This document shows, piece by piece, positions 41,589 through 51,500 of a stretch of DNA of 64,000 bases. Made by a program: the position numbers and the translations under genes. Every line of letters begins with the position of its first letter. Position 1 is the first letter of the stretch. Location: NCBI GenBank assembly GCA_020723505.1, contig DYIT01000008.1:14579-78578 (forward strand), read 5' to 3'. The DNA comes from Candidatus Kuenenia stuttgartensis (GTDB taxonomy: Bacteria; Planctomycetota; JAKEIC01; DYIT01). The notes under the pieces are model-generated. The model saw only the letters and a program-made list of their open reading frames with translations, made no database searches and had not been told where the DNA came from.

Positions 41589-41786
41589 AACCCGGACGAA
41601 CCGGACAAGCCGGCTTCACTGGTCCGGCTCGTCCGGGTTATTCCATGCGCTTCGCGCATGCGACTCGACCCGGAGACCGGCACTCAACTTGAATGCACCA
41701 TCAAGTGCGTAAAATCCCGCCCCGGACTATGCTTTCAATCCTGAAAACGCCGAACAGGAGGATGATATAGGGCCGGGCCGCAGGTG

Positions 41787-42785
41787 TCAATCGGCGTCTG
41801 CGCCGCGTCCGTCCATCGGGCCGCTTTCTTCCCCGGCATCTTCCTCCCCGGAGCCTTCGCCCGGCGCGGCTTGGTCCTCGGCGCCGGATTCATCCCCGCC
41901 TGAGGGCCCGGTTTCCGCTCCGGGACCGCCTTCGGCGGCGGGTTCTGTTTCCTCCGGAGGCGCGCTTTCCGTTTCGGCGGCCGACTCCTCCGCGTGCCCC
42001 TCCCCTGCTCCGGGAGCCGCGTCGCCGTTCTCCTCATCCATGGCCGACGCCTCCGAGGGGTCGGCCTTGGCCAGGGAAATCTCTCCGAATTCCTCCTCCT
42101 GGCTTATCTTGACGAGCTTCTGCCTGACGAGCTCGAGAAGGGCGAGGAAGGCTCCGAGGACGTGCGACTTCTTCGTCCTTCCTTTGACGATGGTCGAGAA
42201 CCCTCCCCCGTCTCCGCTCCTGAGGAAGTCGAGGATGAGGTCGATGTGTTCTCCGATGGGGATGTCGTCGTAGACGATCTTCCTCCTCGGGTCAATCAGC
42301 GTCTCCCTGGCAATCCTCGCGTACGCCGACACCAAATCCCACAGGGTGACGCCCTCGAGGATTTTTTCGATGTCCACGGGGGCCTTCTTGATTTCCGGAA
42401 TCATCCCGCGGCCGTGCCTCTTCCCGGCCATGGCCGAGCGTTTCCTGAGGTTGCGCGAGAGGTCCTTGATTGCCCTGTATTCGAGCAGCCGCTGGATGAG
42501 GTCCGAGCCCGCCTCCAGTTCAGGCAGTTCCCCCGCCTCCTCGCCCCTTTCCTCCCTGGGCAGGAGCTCCCTGGATTTAATCTCCATGAGATGGCAGGCA
42601 ATCACGATGAAGTCGGCGGCCGTCTCGATGTCCGTGAACTCCATCGTCTTGATATGTTCGACGAACTGGTCGGCGACCGAGGCGAGGGAGACGTCGGCGA
42701 GCTCGATCTCGTCGGTTTTCACGAGCTGCAGCAGCAGATCGAGCGGCCCGCAGAAGACGTCAAGATTAACGCTGTAGGATTCCAT
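41787..42785 (-). CDS. scpA: Segregation and condensation protein A (kleisin) with an acidic/Gly-rich C-terminal extension
   Basis: VNLDVFCGPLDLLLQLVKTDEIELADVSLASVADQFVEHI is the characteristic ScpA N-terminus. Confidence 0.85.
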   Translation of the reverse strand: MESYSVNLDVFCGPLDLLLQLVKTDEIELADVSLASVADQFVEHIKTMEFTDIETAADFIVIACHLMEIKSRELLPREERGEEAGELPELEAGSDLIQRLLEYRAIKDLSRNLRKRSAMAGKRHGRGMIPEIKKAPVDIEKILEGVTLWDLVSAYARIARETLIDPRRKIVYDDIPIGEHIDLILDFLRSGDGGGFSTIVKGRTKKSHVLGAFLALLELVRQKLVKISQEEEFGEISLAKADPSEASAMDEENGDAAPGAGEGHAEESAAETESAPPEETEPAAEGGPGAETGPSGGDESGAEDQAAPGEGSGEEDAGEESGPMDGRGADAD

Positions 42786-42947
42786 CTTTCGCTTGTGGCT
42801 CCGGAGTCGGAATGCGCATGGGCCGCACCGGCCGCGACATCCAGGCGGAATCTACCACTGCGCGGAGGCGGTGTCAACGAACAGCGATGAAGGCCGGGAT
42901 TGAAAAACCGCCCGAAGCCAGTCCATGCGATTCCGCATTTCCGGGGA

Positions 42948-42990
42948 ATCGCCGCCTTGCATTGCTGTTTTGGTCCCGGCGGCTCCCACA
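42948..42990 (-). repeat. Conserved-arm hairpin motif, copy 2 (minus strand: TGTGGGAGCCGCCGG-N17-AAGGCGGCGAT)
   Basis: It is oriented toward scpA (start 42785), about 160 nt upstream. Its arms are identical to copies 1 and 3 and its loop is unrelated. Confidence 0.7.
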
Positions 42991-43098
42991 AGCCATACCG
43001 CTCGAGGTCAGGGGCTGAAGTCCAAGGTCTGCGGTCACAGCCCGGATTTTCACCAAGGATCGTGGATTTTCGGGTTTGCTTTGACTGCTGGAAAAGCC

Positions 43099-43146
43099 TG
43101 TGGGAGCCGCCGGAATATTCCTGGCGCAGCAAGGCGGCGATAATCA
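43099..43146 (+). repeat. Conserved-arm hairpin motif, copy 3 (TGTGGGAGCCGCCGG-N17-AAGGCGGCGATAATCA)
   Basis: It is oriented toward kdsC (ATG 43266), about 120 nt upstream. Together with copy 2 it forms a head-to-head pair in the scpA/kdsC divergent region. Confidence 0.7.
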
Positions 43147-43265
43147 AGGGCAATCAGGACTCTTCGACCCCGTTTTGACTGGGGGGAAGTCATTGGCTAT
43201 ACTTACCTTCATACCCGTCCGGGTTGAATCCCGGCGACAAGCCGGGTGCAATTGAAGGATTATCC

Positions 43266-43775
43266 ATGCCCAAGGCGGAAAAGGTCAGCCTTCTGGTCGT
43301 GAACGTGGATGGGACGCTCACGGACGGGAAGATATACATCGACCAGGACGGCAATGAAATCAAGTCGTTCTATGCCCAGGACGGGCCGGCGCTGCGCATG
43401 CTGATGGACGCGGGGATCAGGGTGGCGTTCCTCACGGGCAGGACGTCGCGGTCGGTCGAGAAGATCGCCTCCGAGCTCGGCGTAACCGATCTTTTCCAGG
43501 GCGCGGAGGACAAGTTCGCCGTGCTCTCCGGGCTGCTGGCAAAGTTCAACCTTGGCCTTTCGGAAGTGGCGTTCATAGGCGACGACCTTACCGACCTTCC
43601 CCTGATTCGGCAGGTGGGCTTCTCCTTCGCTCCCGCCAACGCGCGGTCCGTCGTCAGGGAGTTCGCGGGCTTCGTGACCAAGGCGGACGGCGGCGAGGGG
43701 GCGGTTGCCGAAATCTGCGAAAAGATTCTGCGGCAGCAGGGCAAGTGGGACGAGCTGCTGTCCGGATACCTGTAA
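43266..43775 (+). CDS. kdsC: 3-deoxy-D-manno-octulosonate-8-phosphate phosphatase (HAD-IIIA)
   Basis: LLVVNVDGTLTDGKIYIDQDGNEIKSFYAQDG..., FLTGRTS, GDDLTDLP. ATG 43266 is preferred over the TTG at 43224. Confidence 0.85.
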   Translation: MPKAEKVSLLVVNVDGTLTDGKIYIDQDGNEIKSFYAQDGPALRMLMDAGIRVAFLTGRTSRSVEKIASELGVTDLFQGAEDKFAVLSGLLAKFNLGLSEVAFIGDDLTDLPLIRQVGFSFAPANARSVVREFAGFVTKADGGEGAVAEICEKILRQQGKWDELLSGYL

Positions 43776-43833
43776 ACCGTCCCGCCGGGTCCCCGCGGCC
43801 CGGGATTCCGCGGAGAGACGTCAGGAAACCGAA

Positions 43834-46800
43834 TTGCGGTCGTACGTACTCCATTTCGCGCTGCTCCTGCTCGCTTCCCTCTCGGTCCTCTTCGTTCTCC
43901 ACGCGCTTTTCGAGCCCTCGGGCGGGCCCAGAATAGCGGCCTCCAATCCGCCCGAGAATCCCTCGCCTGCGGAGGCGGATTCGGACGTGAAGGACTATTT
44001 CCATCCCCACTACAACGAGGACAACGTGCTCGTGTGGACTATAAGGGGGGAGAAGGCCAGCGGTCTGACCGGGAGGAGCATGAGGTTCCGCGGGACCGAG
44101 CTGACGCTGGTCCAATACGGCAGGGACATGCAGGAGGTGAGGCGCGTGGCGGTCTCGGCACCCGAGGCCTCCGGCGAATGGGACAGGGAGGGAAGCGGAT
44201 CAATCATGTTCGGCGGCGACGTCGCGGTGAAGACGACGGACGGGCTCTGCCTGAGGACGTCGCTGCTGGACGTGAGGTTCAGGAAGTCGGAGGCGAGGCC
44301 GGAAGGCGGCGACCCGTTCAAGGGCTGGAACTGGGAGTTCCGCACGGACAGGGACGTGGAGATAACCGGCCCTGGGATCAAGCTCGACGGGACCGGGCTT
44401 GCGGGGACCAGGGATGAGATGAGGATGACCATTGAGAGGAATCCCTCGGCGTCGATAGGCAGGGGGCTTTCCGAGATCTCGGAGCTCAGGAAGGTCGGCG
44501 CGCCCGAGGGGAACATCCTCATCCGCGCGGGCGGGCCGCTGGTTCTGACCTCGCGGGAGCCGGACAAGGAGTCCGCGGGAACGAAGATTAAAGTCAGGTT
44601 CGAGAACCGGGTCCTGCTCGCGGACCAGGTCCCGGACGAATCGAGGCCCGGCGGGTTCAGGACCGAGTCCGTCCTGTCCTGCCGCATGCTCGAGACCGAC
44701 CTCGAGGTCGCGGGGTCCGATGCCGGGGGAAGGGAGCGGAAGCTTTCCCTGGTCTCGGTTCATGGCGAGGGCGGCGTGAGGTACGTGAACCTCGGGGACG
44801 CGGGGCTGGTCGAGGCCGCATTCAGCGGCAACTCGGTCTCTTTCGAGCGTCCGGCCGAGGCCGGGAACGCGAAGTTCAGGATATCGGGCGTTCCCAGGGC
44901 GGTGTTCCTGAGCTCGTCCTCGATTTCGTCGGGATTCGCGGCCGCGTCGGAGATATTCGCCCCGCCTTCGAAGCAATCCGGGGTCGAGAACCTGCTCTGG
45001 ATTGCCTCGGACAACGAGCTCTGCGCCGAAGCAGGGCGGCATGCCGGGGGAAGGGGCGTGGAGACCGCCTCGGTTTCCATCCCGGCCGGGGCGACGCTGG
45101 CGTCCTATGCGCGGTCGGCTCCGGCCCCGGCCGAGGCGTGGGGGAGGGACCTTTCGGGCTCGGGCATGGCCGGCGAAATCCCGTCCCCGGATTCCCTGAG
45201 GATTGGTTTCAGGCCGGAGCTCGTTCTCACGTCGTCATCCGCGGACCTGAAGCTCAGGAGGGCCCTCAAGCGGGAAGAAAGCAGGGGCGGATACTCCGTC
45301 GAATCGTTCATGGCCAGGGGATCCGCCCGAGTGCTCGACTACGGTCTTTCCGGCGCGGTCGAGAGCTTCTGCGAAGCCGACACCGTGTCCTATTCGGAGA
45401 CGCCGGCGGCCGGCGAATCCGGCGCCGACTTGAGGAGGGAGGTGCTGCTCAGGGGTTCGCCCAGGCTCGGGTTCATCAAGGAATTCAGCATCGTTCCCTG
45501 GTCGAATTCCTCATGGTCGGTCGATGCCGCGGAAGCGGGGCCGTCGACCTTCATGCTTGCATGCAGCGGGGAGATGTACAACATCGCGTTCCTCAAGTCG
45601 CGCGCAGGCGGCGGCCGCGTCTTGAGGCAGATAGTGAACCTGGCGGGCGACGCGGTCGTGCAGGGCTTCGCGCCCGGCCCGGAGGCGAAGGCCGAGGAGT
45701 TTTTCGCGTCGGACCTGAAGCCCGCGGCCGGGTACATGCAGCAGCTCAGGGTCCGCGCGGACTCGGCCGAGCTCGCGTTCGTTCCCCGCGGGACCGGACC
45801 GAAGGACAAGCCCCTGCTGGATTCCGTCAAGGCGGGCGGAGGGGTGAGAATCGAGGCGTTCGACGCAGGCGGGTCGATTGTGCGCAGCGCCGAGGGCGAG
45901 ACCCTGGACTGGAGTTTCCGGACGACGCCGGAAGGGGTTCCGTCCGAATCCGGGAAGCTCGAGGGCGGGAGGGTGAAGCTCGGGTTCACCACGGCCCAGA
46001 ACCCGCTTCCTTTCCGTGAGTCCGGGGACGGCGGGGAGGACTGGGTCGAGGTTTCCACGCCCGGCCCGGTGCGTTTCTCCCGGATTCCCTCCGACGCCAA
46101 GGCCGGCCGCGCGGGGAGGACGGAGGTGTCCGCGCCTTCCGACGCGGAGGTCACGGTCCGGCCTGCCCGGGACCCGGCCGGGAAGCCGGAGTGGAAGCTC
46201 AGGGCCGAGTCCTTGAGCCTTTCGACGGTCGAGTCCGCGGCAAAGGGCGGGAAGCAGGCATGGACGCCCGTGTCGTTCAAGGCCTCGGGAGGGGTCACTT
46301 TCTACAACTACAACGCAGGCGGATCGGTCGAGGCATGGGGCAGGGGCAGGACGCTCGACTGGACGAGGAAGACCGCGGCGGGCAGGGCGGGCGCGGACGA
46401 CTGGGTCCTGGCCCTCGAGGGGGCGCCGATGGTCCAGTTCCCAGCCGACGGGTCGTTCATTCTCGGCGGGGTCGCGCATACTCCATCCGAGGGCGAGGCG
46501 CCCAGGGACGCGTGGATCCGGCTCGAATCCGCGAAATCCATGGAGCTTTCGGCCGGGGCATTCGGTACGGCGTCCGAGGTGCTCAGCCTCAAGGCGACGG
46601 GCGGCGCGGTGCTCACGGCATCCGGCACGCTCAAGGGCGAGGAGGGCAAATCCTACCTGAGGATGGAGGCGCCGGAAATCAGGTGCGACGCGGCGGCCCA
46701 GGGGGGCCGGGAGGCGGGCGGGAAGCCGAGGAGGGGGGTGCGCGAGGCCGCGGGATCGGGCGAGACGGTAATCACGCTGGTCAGGCCGGACGGGGCGTCC

Positions 46801-46905
46801 GGCGTGTACCGGGGGAGCGATCTTTCCTTCAATCCCATGGCCGCGGACGGCGAGAAGCGCGTCTGGGGGCCGGGGAAGTGGACTTTCGAGTTGAAGCGCG
46901 AATGA
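43834..46905 (+). CDS. Large (~1020-aa) membrane-anchored hypothetical protein in the position usually held by lptC/lptA
   Basis: The TTG at 43834 follows AGGAAA. The N-terminal anchor is HFALLLLASLSVLFVLHAL. Repeated beta-rich segments recur, such as GGVRYVNLGDAG...SVSFE, GGVRIEAFDAGGS...LDWSF and GGVTFYNYNAGGS...LDWTR. The upstream part of the track ORF overlaps kdsC and is rejected. Confidence 0.7.
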   Translation: MRSYVLHFALLLLASLSVLFVLHALFEPSGGPRIAASNPPENPSPAEADSDVKDYFHPHYNEDNVLVWTIRGEKASGLTGRSMRFRGTELTLVQYGRDMQEVRRVAVSAPEASGEWDREGSGSIMFGGDVAVKTTDGLCLRTSLLDVRFRKSEARPEGGDPFKGWNWEFRTDRDVEITGPGIKLDGTGLAGTRDEMRMTIERNPSASIGRGLSEISELRKVGAPEGNILIRAGGPLVLTSREPDKESAGTKIKVRFENRVLLADQVPDESRPGGFRTESVLSCRMLETDLEVAGSDAGGRERKLSLVSVHGEGGVRYVNLGDAGLVEAAFSGNSVSFERPAEAGNAKFRISGVPRAVFLSSSSISSGFAAASEIFAPPSKQSGVENLLWIASDNELCAEAGRHAGGRGVETASVSIPAGATLASYARSAPAPAEAWGRDLSGSGMAGEIPSPDSLRIGFRPELVLTSSSADLKLRRALKREESRGGYSVESFMARGSARVLDYGLSGAVESFCEADTVSYSETPAAGESGADLRREVLLRGSPRLGFIKEFSIVPWSNSSWSVDAAEAGPSTFMLACSGEMYNIAFLKSRAGGGRVLRQIVNLAGDAVVQGFAPGPEAKAEEFFASDLKPAAGYMQQLRVRADSAELAFVPRGTGPKDKPLLDSVKAGGGVRIEAFDAGGSIVRSAEGETLDWSFRTTPEGVPSESGKLEGGRVKLGFTTAQNPLPFRESGDGGEDWVEVSTPGPVRFSRIPSDAKAGRAGRTEVSAPSDAEVTVRPARDPAGKPEWKLRAESLSLSTVESAAKGGKQAWTPVSFKASGGVTFYNYNAGGSVEAWGRGRTLDWTRKTAAGRAGADDWVLALEGAPMVQFPADGSFILGGVAHTPSEGEAPRDAWIRLESAKSMELSAGAFGTASEVLSLKATGGAVLTASGTLKGEEGKSYLRMEAPEIRCDAAAQGGREAGGKPRRGVREAAGSGETVITLVRPDGASGVYRGSDLSFNPMAADGEKRVWGPGKWTFELKRE

Positions 46906-47243
46906 GCGGACGCATGGCGAAGGGGTCAGGGACCGGTTCGGAGAGGCGCTGGAAGGCGCATGGAATCCCATGCCCGGTGTGCATGAGGATTGAGCGCATG
47001 CGGGGGTCCTCATGCCCCGCCTGCGAGGGGGGCGGGGTGATTCGGGAACCCCTGGATTCCCTGCGCATGCTGTCGGCGCGGAGGAAGATAATCGGCATGC
47101 TCCAGGCAATGACGGTGAGGGGGAGCGGCAGCCCGGACGAGCGGGACAAACTGCTCAGCGCGCTCGAGGGCCTGTACAATCTCGAGCATGCCCTCGAAAA
47201 GGCCGTGGGCAGGATCCTGCGGGAAATCGGGGATGAGGACTAA
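46902..47243 (+). CDS. Small zinc-ribbon protein
   Basis: ATGA overlap with the upstream stop. The product contains CPVC-N12-CPAC followed by a helical tail. The long upstream extension of the track ORF (46191-) is a shadow frame. Confidence 0.55.
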   Translation: MSGRMAKGSGTGSERRWKAHGIPCPVCMRIERMRGSSCPACEGGGVIREPLDSLRMLSARRKIIGMLQAMTVRGSGSPDERDKLLSALEGLYNLEHALEKAVGRILREIGDED

Positions 47244-47324
47244 CCTGCATATAGGATTGGTATTAATTAATCCATTTGTAGCTAGATATTGCGCGGGCAA
47301 ACTATCAAGACTGAGGATAGCAGT

Positions 47325-48251
47325 ATGGACGTGACTACAAATTCTAATCAAACTTTTATTTGTTCCTTTAATGATTTCATTGAAAAGGCTGAAGAGTTAT
47401 GCCCTCGTAAGGAAAAATGGATTGAGTGGGTTTTTAGGGGCCATGGAAGCTTAGATTGGGAACTCGAGACTTCAATAGAAAGGCTATGCAATAGAATTCA
47501 TGGTAATCTTACATATACGAAGGAATTAGAAATTGAATTACTAAGGGAATTTCAAAGACGGTATCATTTCTATTCGACTAATATTCCTAGAGAAAGCGAT
47601 TTATTGCAATGGTTGTCGATTATGCGACACAATGGTGCACCAACTAGACTGCTTGATTTTACTTATTCCATTTATATTGCTGCATATTTCGCCGTTGAGG
47701 AATACGTGGCAATGAAATCATCCAAAGGTTCTGATATATATGGTTTTGATATATGGGCTATTAATTCGACTGTTTTAGGGGAAACGGTTCGATTAAACAG
47801 TAAGCGGCTTGCTCCAAAGAAGAGTATAGAAGATAATGTCAATTCAGATAACGTCGTAAACAAATTCCTATTCGAACACAACCGAAGAAGAGGTGTAATC
47901 CAAGTCACGCCCTTCAGATTCAACGAAAAGCAATCATTTCAAAAAGGTATTTTTATTTGTCCAATAGATATAACGACTAGTTTTAAAGACAATCTGTTTG
48001 CAAACGGGTCAAATGAAAAGGATTATGTGAAACGCCTTACGTTTGATGAAAAGAAATGGGAGGGGAGTTGCAGAGGTTCCCCTAAGAACGGCAGGGATAT
48101 GGGATGGGAGTTTCTTGAAAGACTTGATGATATGAATATCTCACGTAAGTCTCTTTTTCCGGGATTGCAGGGATTTGCCGAGTCGCTTTCAAAGTATCAT
48201 CATTCGTATTGGAAAATAACCACGAAAAATCTGAATAAAAGCCGCAGATAG
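47325..48251 (+). CDS. FRG-domain protein
   Basis: WIEWVFRGHGSLDWELETSIER ... LQWLSIMRHNGAPTRLLDFTYSIYIAAYFA matches the (F/Y)RGq...a(q/r)HyG.PTrlLDwT pattern of FRG domains. The gene is strongly AT-richer than its neighbours. Confidence 0.7.
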   Translation: MDVTTNSNQTFICSFNDFIEKAEELCPRKEKWIEWVFRGHGSLDWELETSIERLCNRIHGNLTYTKELEIELLREFQRRYHFYSTNIPRESDLLQWLSIMRHNGAPTRLLDFTYSIYIAAYFAVEEYVAMKSSKGSDIYGFDIWAINSTVLGETVRLNSKRLAPKKSIEDNVNSDNVVNKFLFEHNRRRGVIQVTPFRFNEKQSFQKGIFICPIDITTSFKDNLFANGSNEKDYVKRLTFDEKKWEGSCRGSPKNGRDMGWEFLERLDDMNISRKSLFPGLQGFAESLSKYHHSYWKITTKNLNKSRR

Positions 48252-48572
48252 CCTATTCCTTCAAACCCCATGCCTAAGGATCTGATAAATCTGGTTGTTG
48301 GTGGTGACTATCCCCTGTAGTCGCATAAAAAGCGCGCCGTTACATGGAACTCTCGACGAATAGCAATGCGGAATCGCGAGAAACCGCACAAGCCGAAAGT
48401 GTCGCCAACCTCACTGAAAGTGAAGTTGAAGGATAAAGAAAATCGGAACTTCCGGTGCACTAAGAAAGAGGGACGTAGAGGACTAGGATTCACCACACTG
48501 CAGCCCCGGATCCAGGCTTGCGCCGGGACGACGGCGCGGGCTCCGGACCGTGGAATGCGGCGGAGCGAAACC

Positions 48573-51500
48573 CTATTCCAGCTCGAGCAGGGACCTGGCG
48601 AAGGAGCGCAGGACGCACCTGAAGCCCACGAAGCTCTTCCCGACGTTCGGATCAAGCCCGCGCCTTGCAGAGCACTTCGCGTAGTTCTTGCCGAAATTGA
48701 AGTCCCCGCCGCGCACCACGACCTTCCCGGGGGGGATCTGCTTCGCCGATCCCGGGTACGCGGCGAACGGGCTTTCCGTCCACTCGGCCGCGTTCCCGGC
48801 CATGTTGAGGCAGCCCGTCTGGCTCACGTCGCCTGCGAATTCCGCGACCGGCGCAAGCCCCTTCCTCCCGGCCTCGTAGGTGTTGGCCTTGCCTTCCCCG
48901 AATTCCGCCCCCCAGGGCCACGCCCTCCCGTCCTGCCCCCTGGCCGCCCTCTCCCATTCCTCCTCGGTGGGTATCTCGCAGAACACGCTCTTCGCGTACG
49001 CCCGCGCGTCATCCAGCGTTATTGCCGTCACCGGCAGGTCCTTCTTTTTCAGCTGAGCCTCCCAGTCCGGAGGCGTATGGCCCTTCCCAGCCGGCGTCGC
49101 GAGGAACGCCGCGTACTCGGCCACCGTGACCTCGTTCCTCGAGATGCGGAACGCCCCCAGCTTGCGCACAGACGCGGGCCTCTCCCTCTCGGCCCCGGCG
49201 TCGTCGCCCATACCGAACTCGCCCTCCGGGATTTCGGCCATCTTCAGGATTTGCCTCAGGTACGCGCAGGCCTTGGCGGCCACGCGGTTCGCGTCCGCGC
49301 CCGAGGAGGCCGCGGCGTCGGCTTCGGCCAGCGCCTCCGGGTACCTTCCCTCTACGAACAGGGCCTCCATGCGCGACAGGCGGTCTCCGTAGCCGATGAG
49401 CGCCTTGAGCTCCTTAATCCTCTTCAGGGCTTCGGGATGGTCCTTCCGGACGGCAAGCACCTTCGAATAGGTCTCGACCGCCTCGGACCATCTCATCGCC
49501 GCCGCCTGCTCCTCGGCCTTTCCCGTGAGCTCCAGGATTGAAATCCTGTCGAGCCAATCGCGCGCATTCTGGTTCGGGCCGATTAGGGCGGCCTCCTCGA
49601 ACGTCTTCCGCGCAGCTTTGACGTCGCCCGCGTTGAACTCGCTCTCGCCCCTGGCCAGAAGCAGGCTCATGCGGCCCGTCTTAATCGAAGGCTCGAAGTC
49701 GACGTCCGTGAAGAGGGCCTTGGCCTGCTCGAGGATCGACACGCCCTCGGCGAACCTGCCCTGGGCATACAGGCCCTCGGCCAGGGATTTCATCTCGGCG
49801 GCGACTGCCGCGATTTCCGCGGCGATTGCGGAGGCGTAAGCCGGGTTCTTTCCCGCCGCTGTCCTCAGTATTTCCACGGCCTTCTTGAAGTCGCGGCCCT
49901 TCCTCGCGGCCCGCGACGCGCCGATTCCGGACTCCTCGTCGGCCTTTCTGACCAGCGCCTCCGTCTCCTCCTCCCTCCCGAAGGCCTTGCCGACCTTCCT
50001 CAGGAATTCCGCGTGCCTGTCGGGCGAGGATTTGAGGGGCTCGGAGGCCTTTATCTGTTCGTCGAAGAGCCCGTTGATCGCGGCTGCGGACATCGAAGCG
50101 TCCAGGCGCGAGATCTTCCTGTAGGATTCGAGCGCTGCGGCCCAGTCCCCGGCCGATGCCGACTGCGCCCCCTCCTCGAGGATCCTCGCGATGGTGGCCG
50201 CCCTTACCGCCGGCTCGATGTCCGCCTCGGAGGCGCCCTTCTTCATGGCCTCCTCCACGGCGTTGAAGGCTTCCTTCCATTTCCCCTCGGCCGCGAGCTT
50301 CTCGGCGGCGGATATCAGGGTTTTGATGCCAGCGGCCGGCCCCGGCCCCGGTCCGGGCCCGGGCTTCACATCCGGCGGCCTCGACTTCTCGATGGCCGTC
50401 CTGACCCTCGCCTTCAGCTCGTCGCGGCGCGAGACGTCCGTGAGGAAGTCCCCGAGCCCGTCGAGCGCCGCGGCCGCCTCATCGAACCTGCCCTGGGAAT
50501 AGAGCGTCTCCGCCTCTTCGATGACCCCCTGGTTGCGTCCCCTTATGACGAAGAAGCCCGCAACTGCGGCGATGAGCACCGCGGCCGCGCCGGCGAGTAT
50601 GGAAATCTTCCTTATGCGCGCGCCCGCCCTGTCCTTCAGTATCACCTCGATTTGCGCAGTCTTCTGCTCGGCGTCGTAGTCCCCGGGTCTCATGCGGCAA
50701 ATTTTGCCGTAGAGCTCCCTGGCGTCGGCGAAAGCCCCGCTCGCGAACAGCCCCTCCGCCTTCTCCCTGAGCCCCGCGACCGTAGCCTTAAGCCCCTCGA
50801 CCTCGCGCTTGAGCTTCAAGGCCCTGGGATTCTCCGGGCTCGTGTCCAGGACCTCCTGGAGCGCGACTTCCGCCTTCTCGATTGCCTTGTCGTCCCAGAG
50901 GCGCTCGGCGTTCTCTATGAGCTTGTCGAGCTTCTCCTGGACCGCGAGGATCTCCTTGATTCTGGCATCGATTTCGGCCGGATCGGCGAGAAGGGACTTG
51001 AGCTCCTTCAGCGCGGCGATGGCCCTCACGTAGTCCTTGCGGGCGATTTCCTCGTCCGAGGCAATCCGCAGCTCGGCGATCTTCGCCCTTTTCGCGCGAA
51101 TCTCCTCCCCGAGCTTGGCAACGTCGGGGTTCTGGGCGTCGAGGGCGGTTATCTGCTCGATGACCGCCTCCACCTCGTCGAACGATTTCCGCTCCATCAG
51201 GCGGTAGCACTTGAGGACAAGGCGCTGCGCCTCCTCCTTCTTCAGCGCCTCCTTCCTCAGGGTCTCGAGGCTGTCGACGTAGTTCCTCGCGCCCGGATCG
51301 TCCGGCTTTATCTCGAGGATCTCCCTTGCCAGCTTCTCGATGTCCTTCTCGCTGCCCTTGTCCATGAGCCGCTCGAACTCCTCGGTCTTGCGGATGTAGG
51401 AGTCCCTCAGCGCCGTCGCTTTCTTGAGGAGCTCGGCCGCGGCCTTGTCGCCGGGCGACGCGGCGAGGATTTGGTTCAGCAGGAAGACCGCGCGGATGAA

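Noticed and set aside
40939-41619. N-terminal 226 residues of the 597-aa track ORF 39826-41619
   Set aside because: This part is Arg/Gly/His-rich and overlaps the well-supported MshEN-like gene in another frame. HolA-like sequence begins only near 40938, where a TTG start follows the upstream stop.
46191-46901. Upstream 237 codons of the track ORF 46191-47243
   Set aside because: It is an Arg/Gly-rich shadow frame inside the large 43834-46905 gene. Protein-like sequence (the CxxC zinc ribbon) begins at the ATG at 46902, which overlaps the upstream stop.
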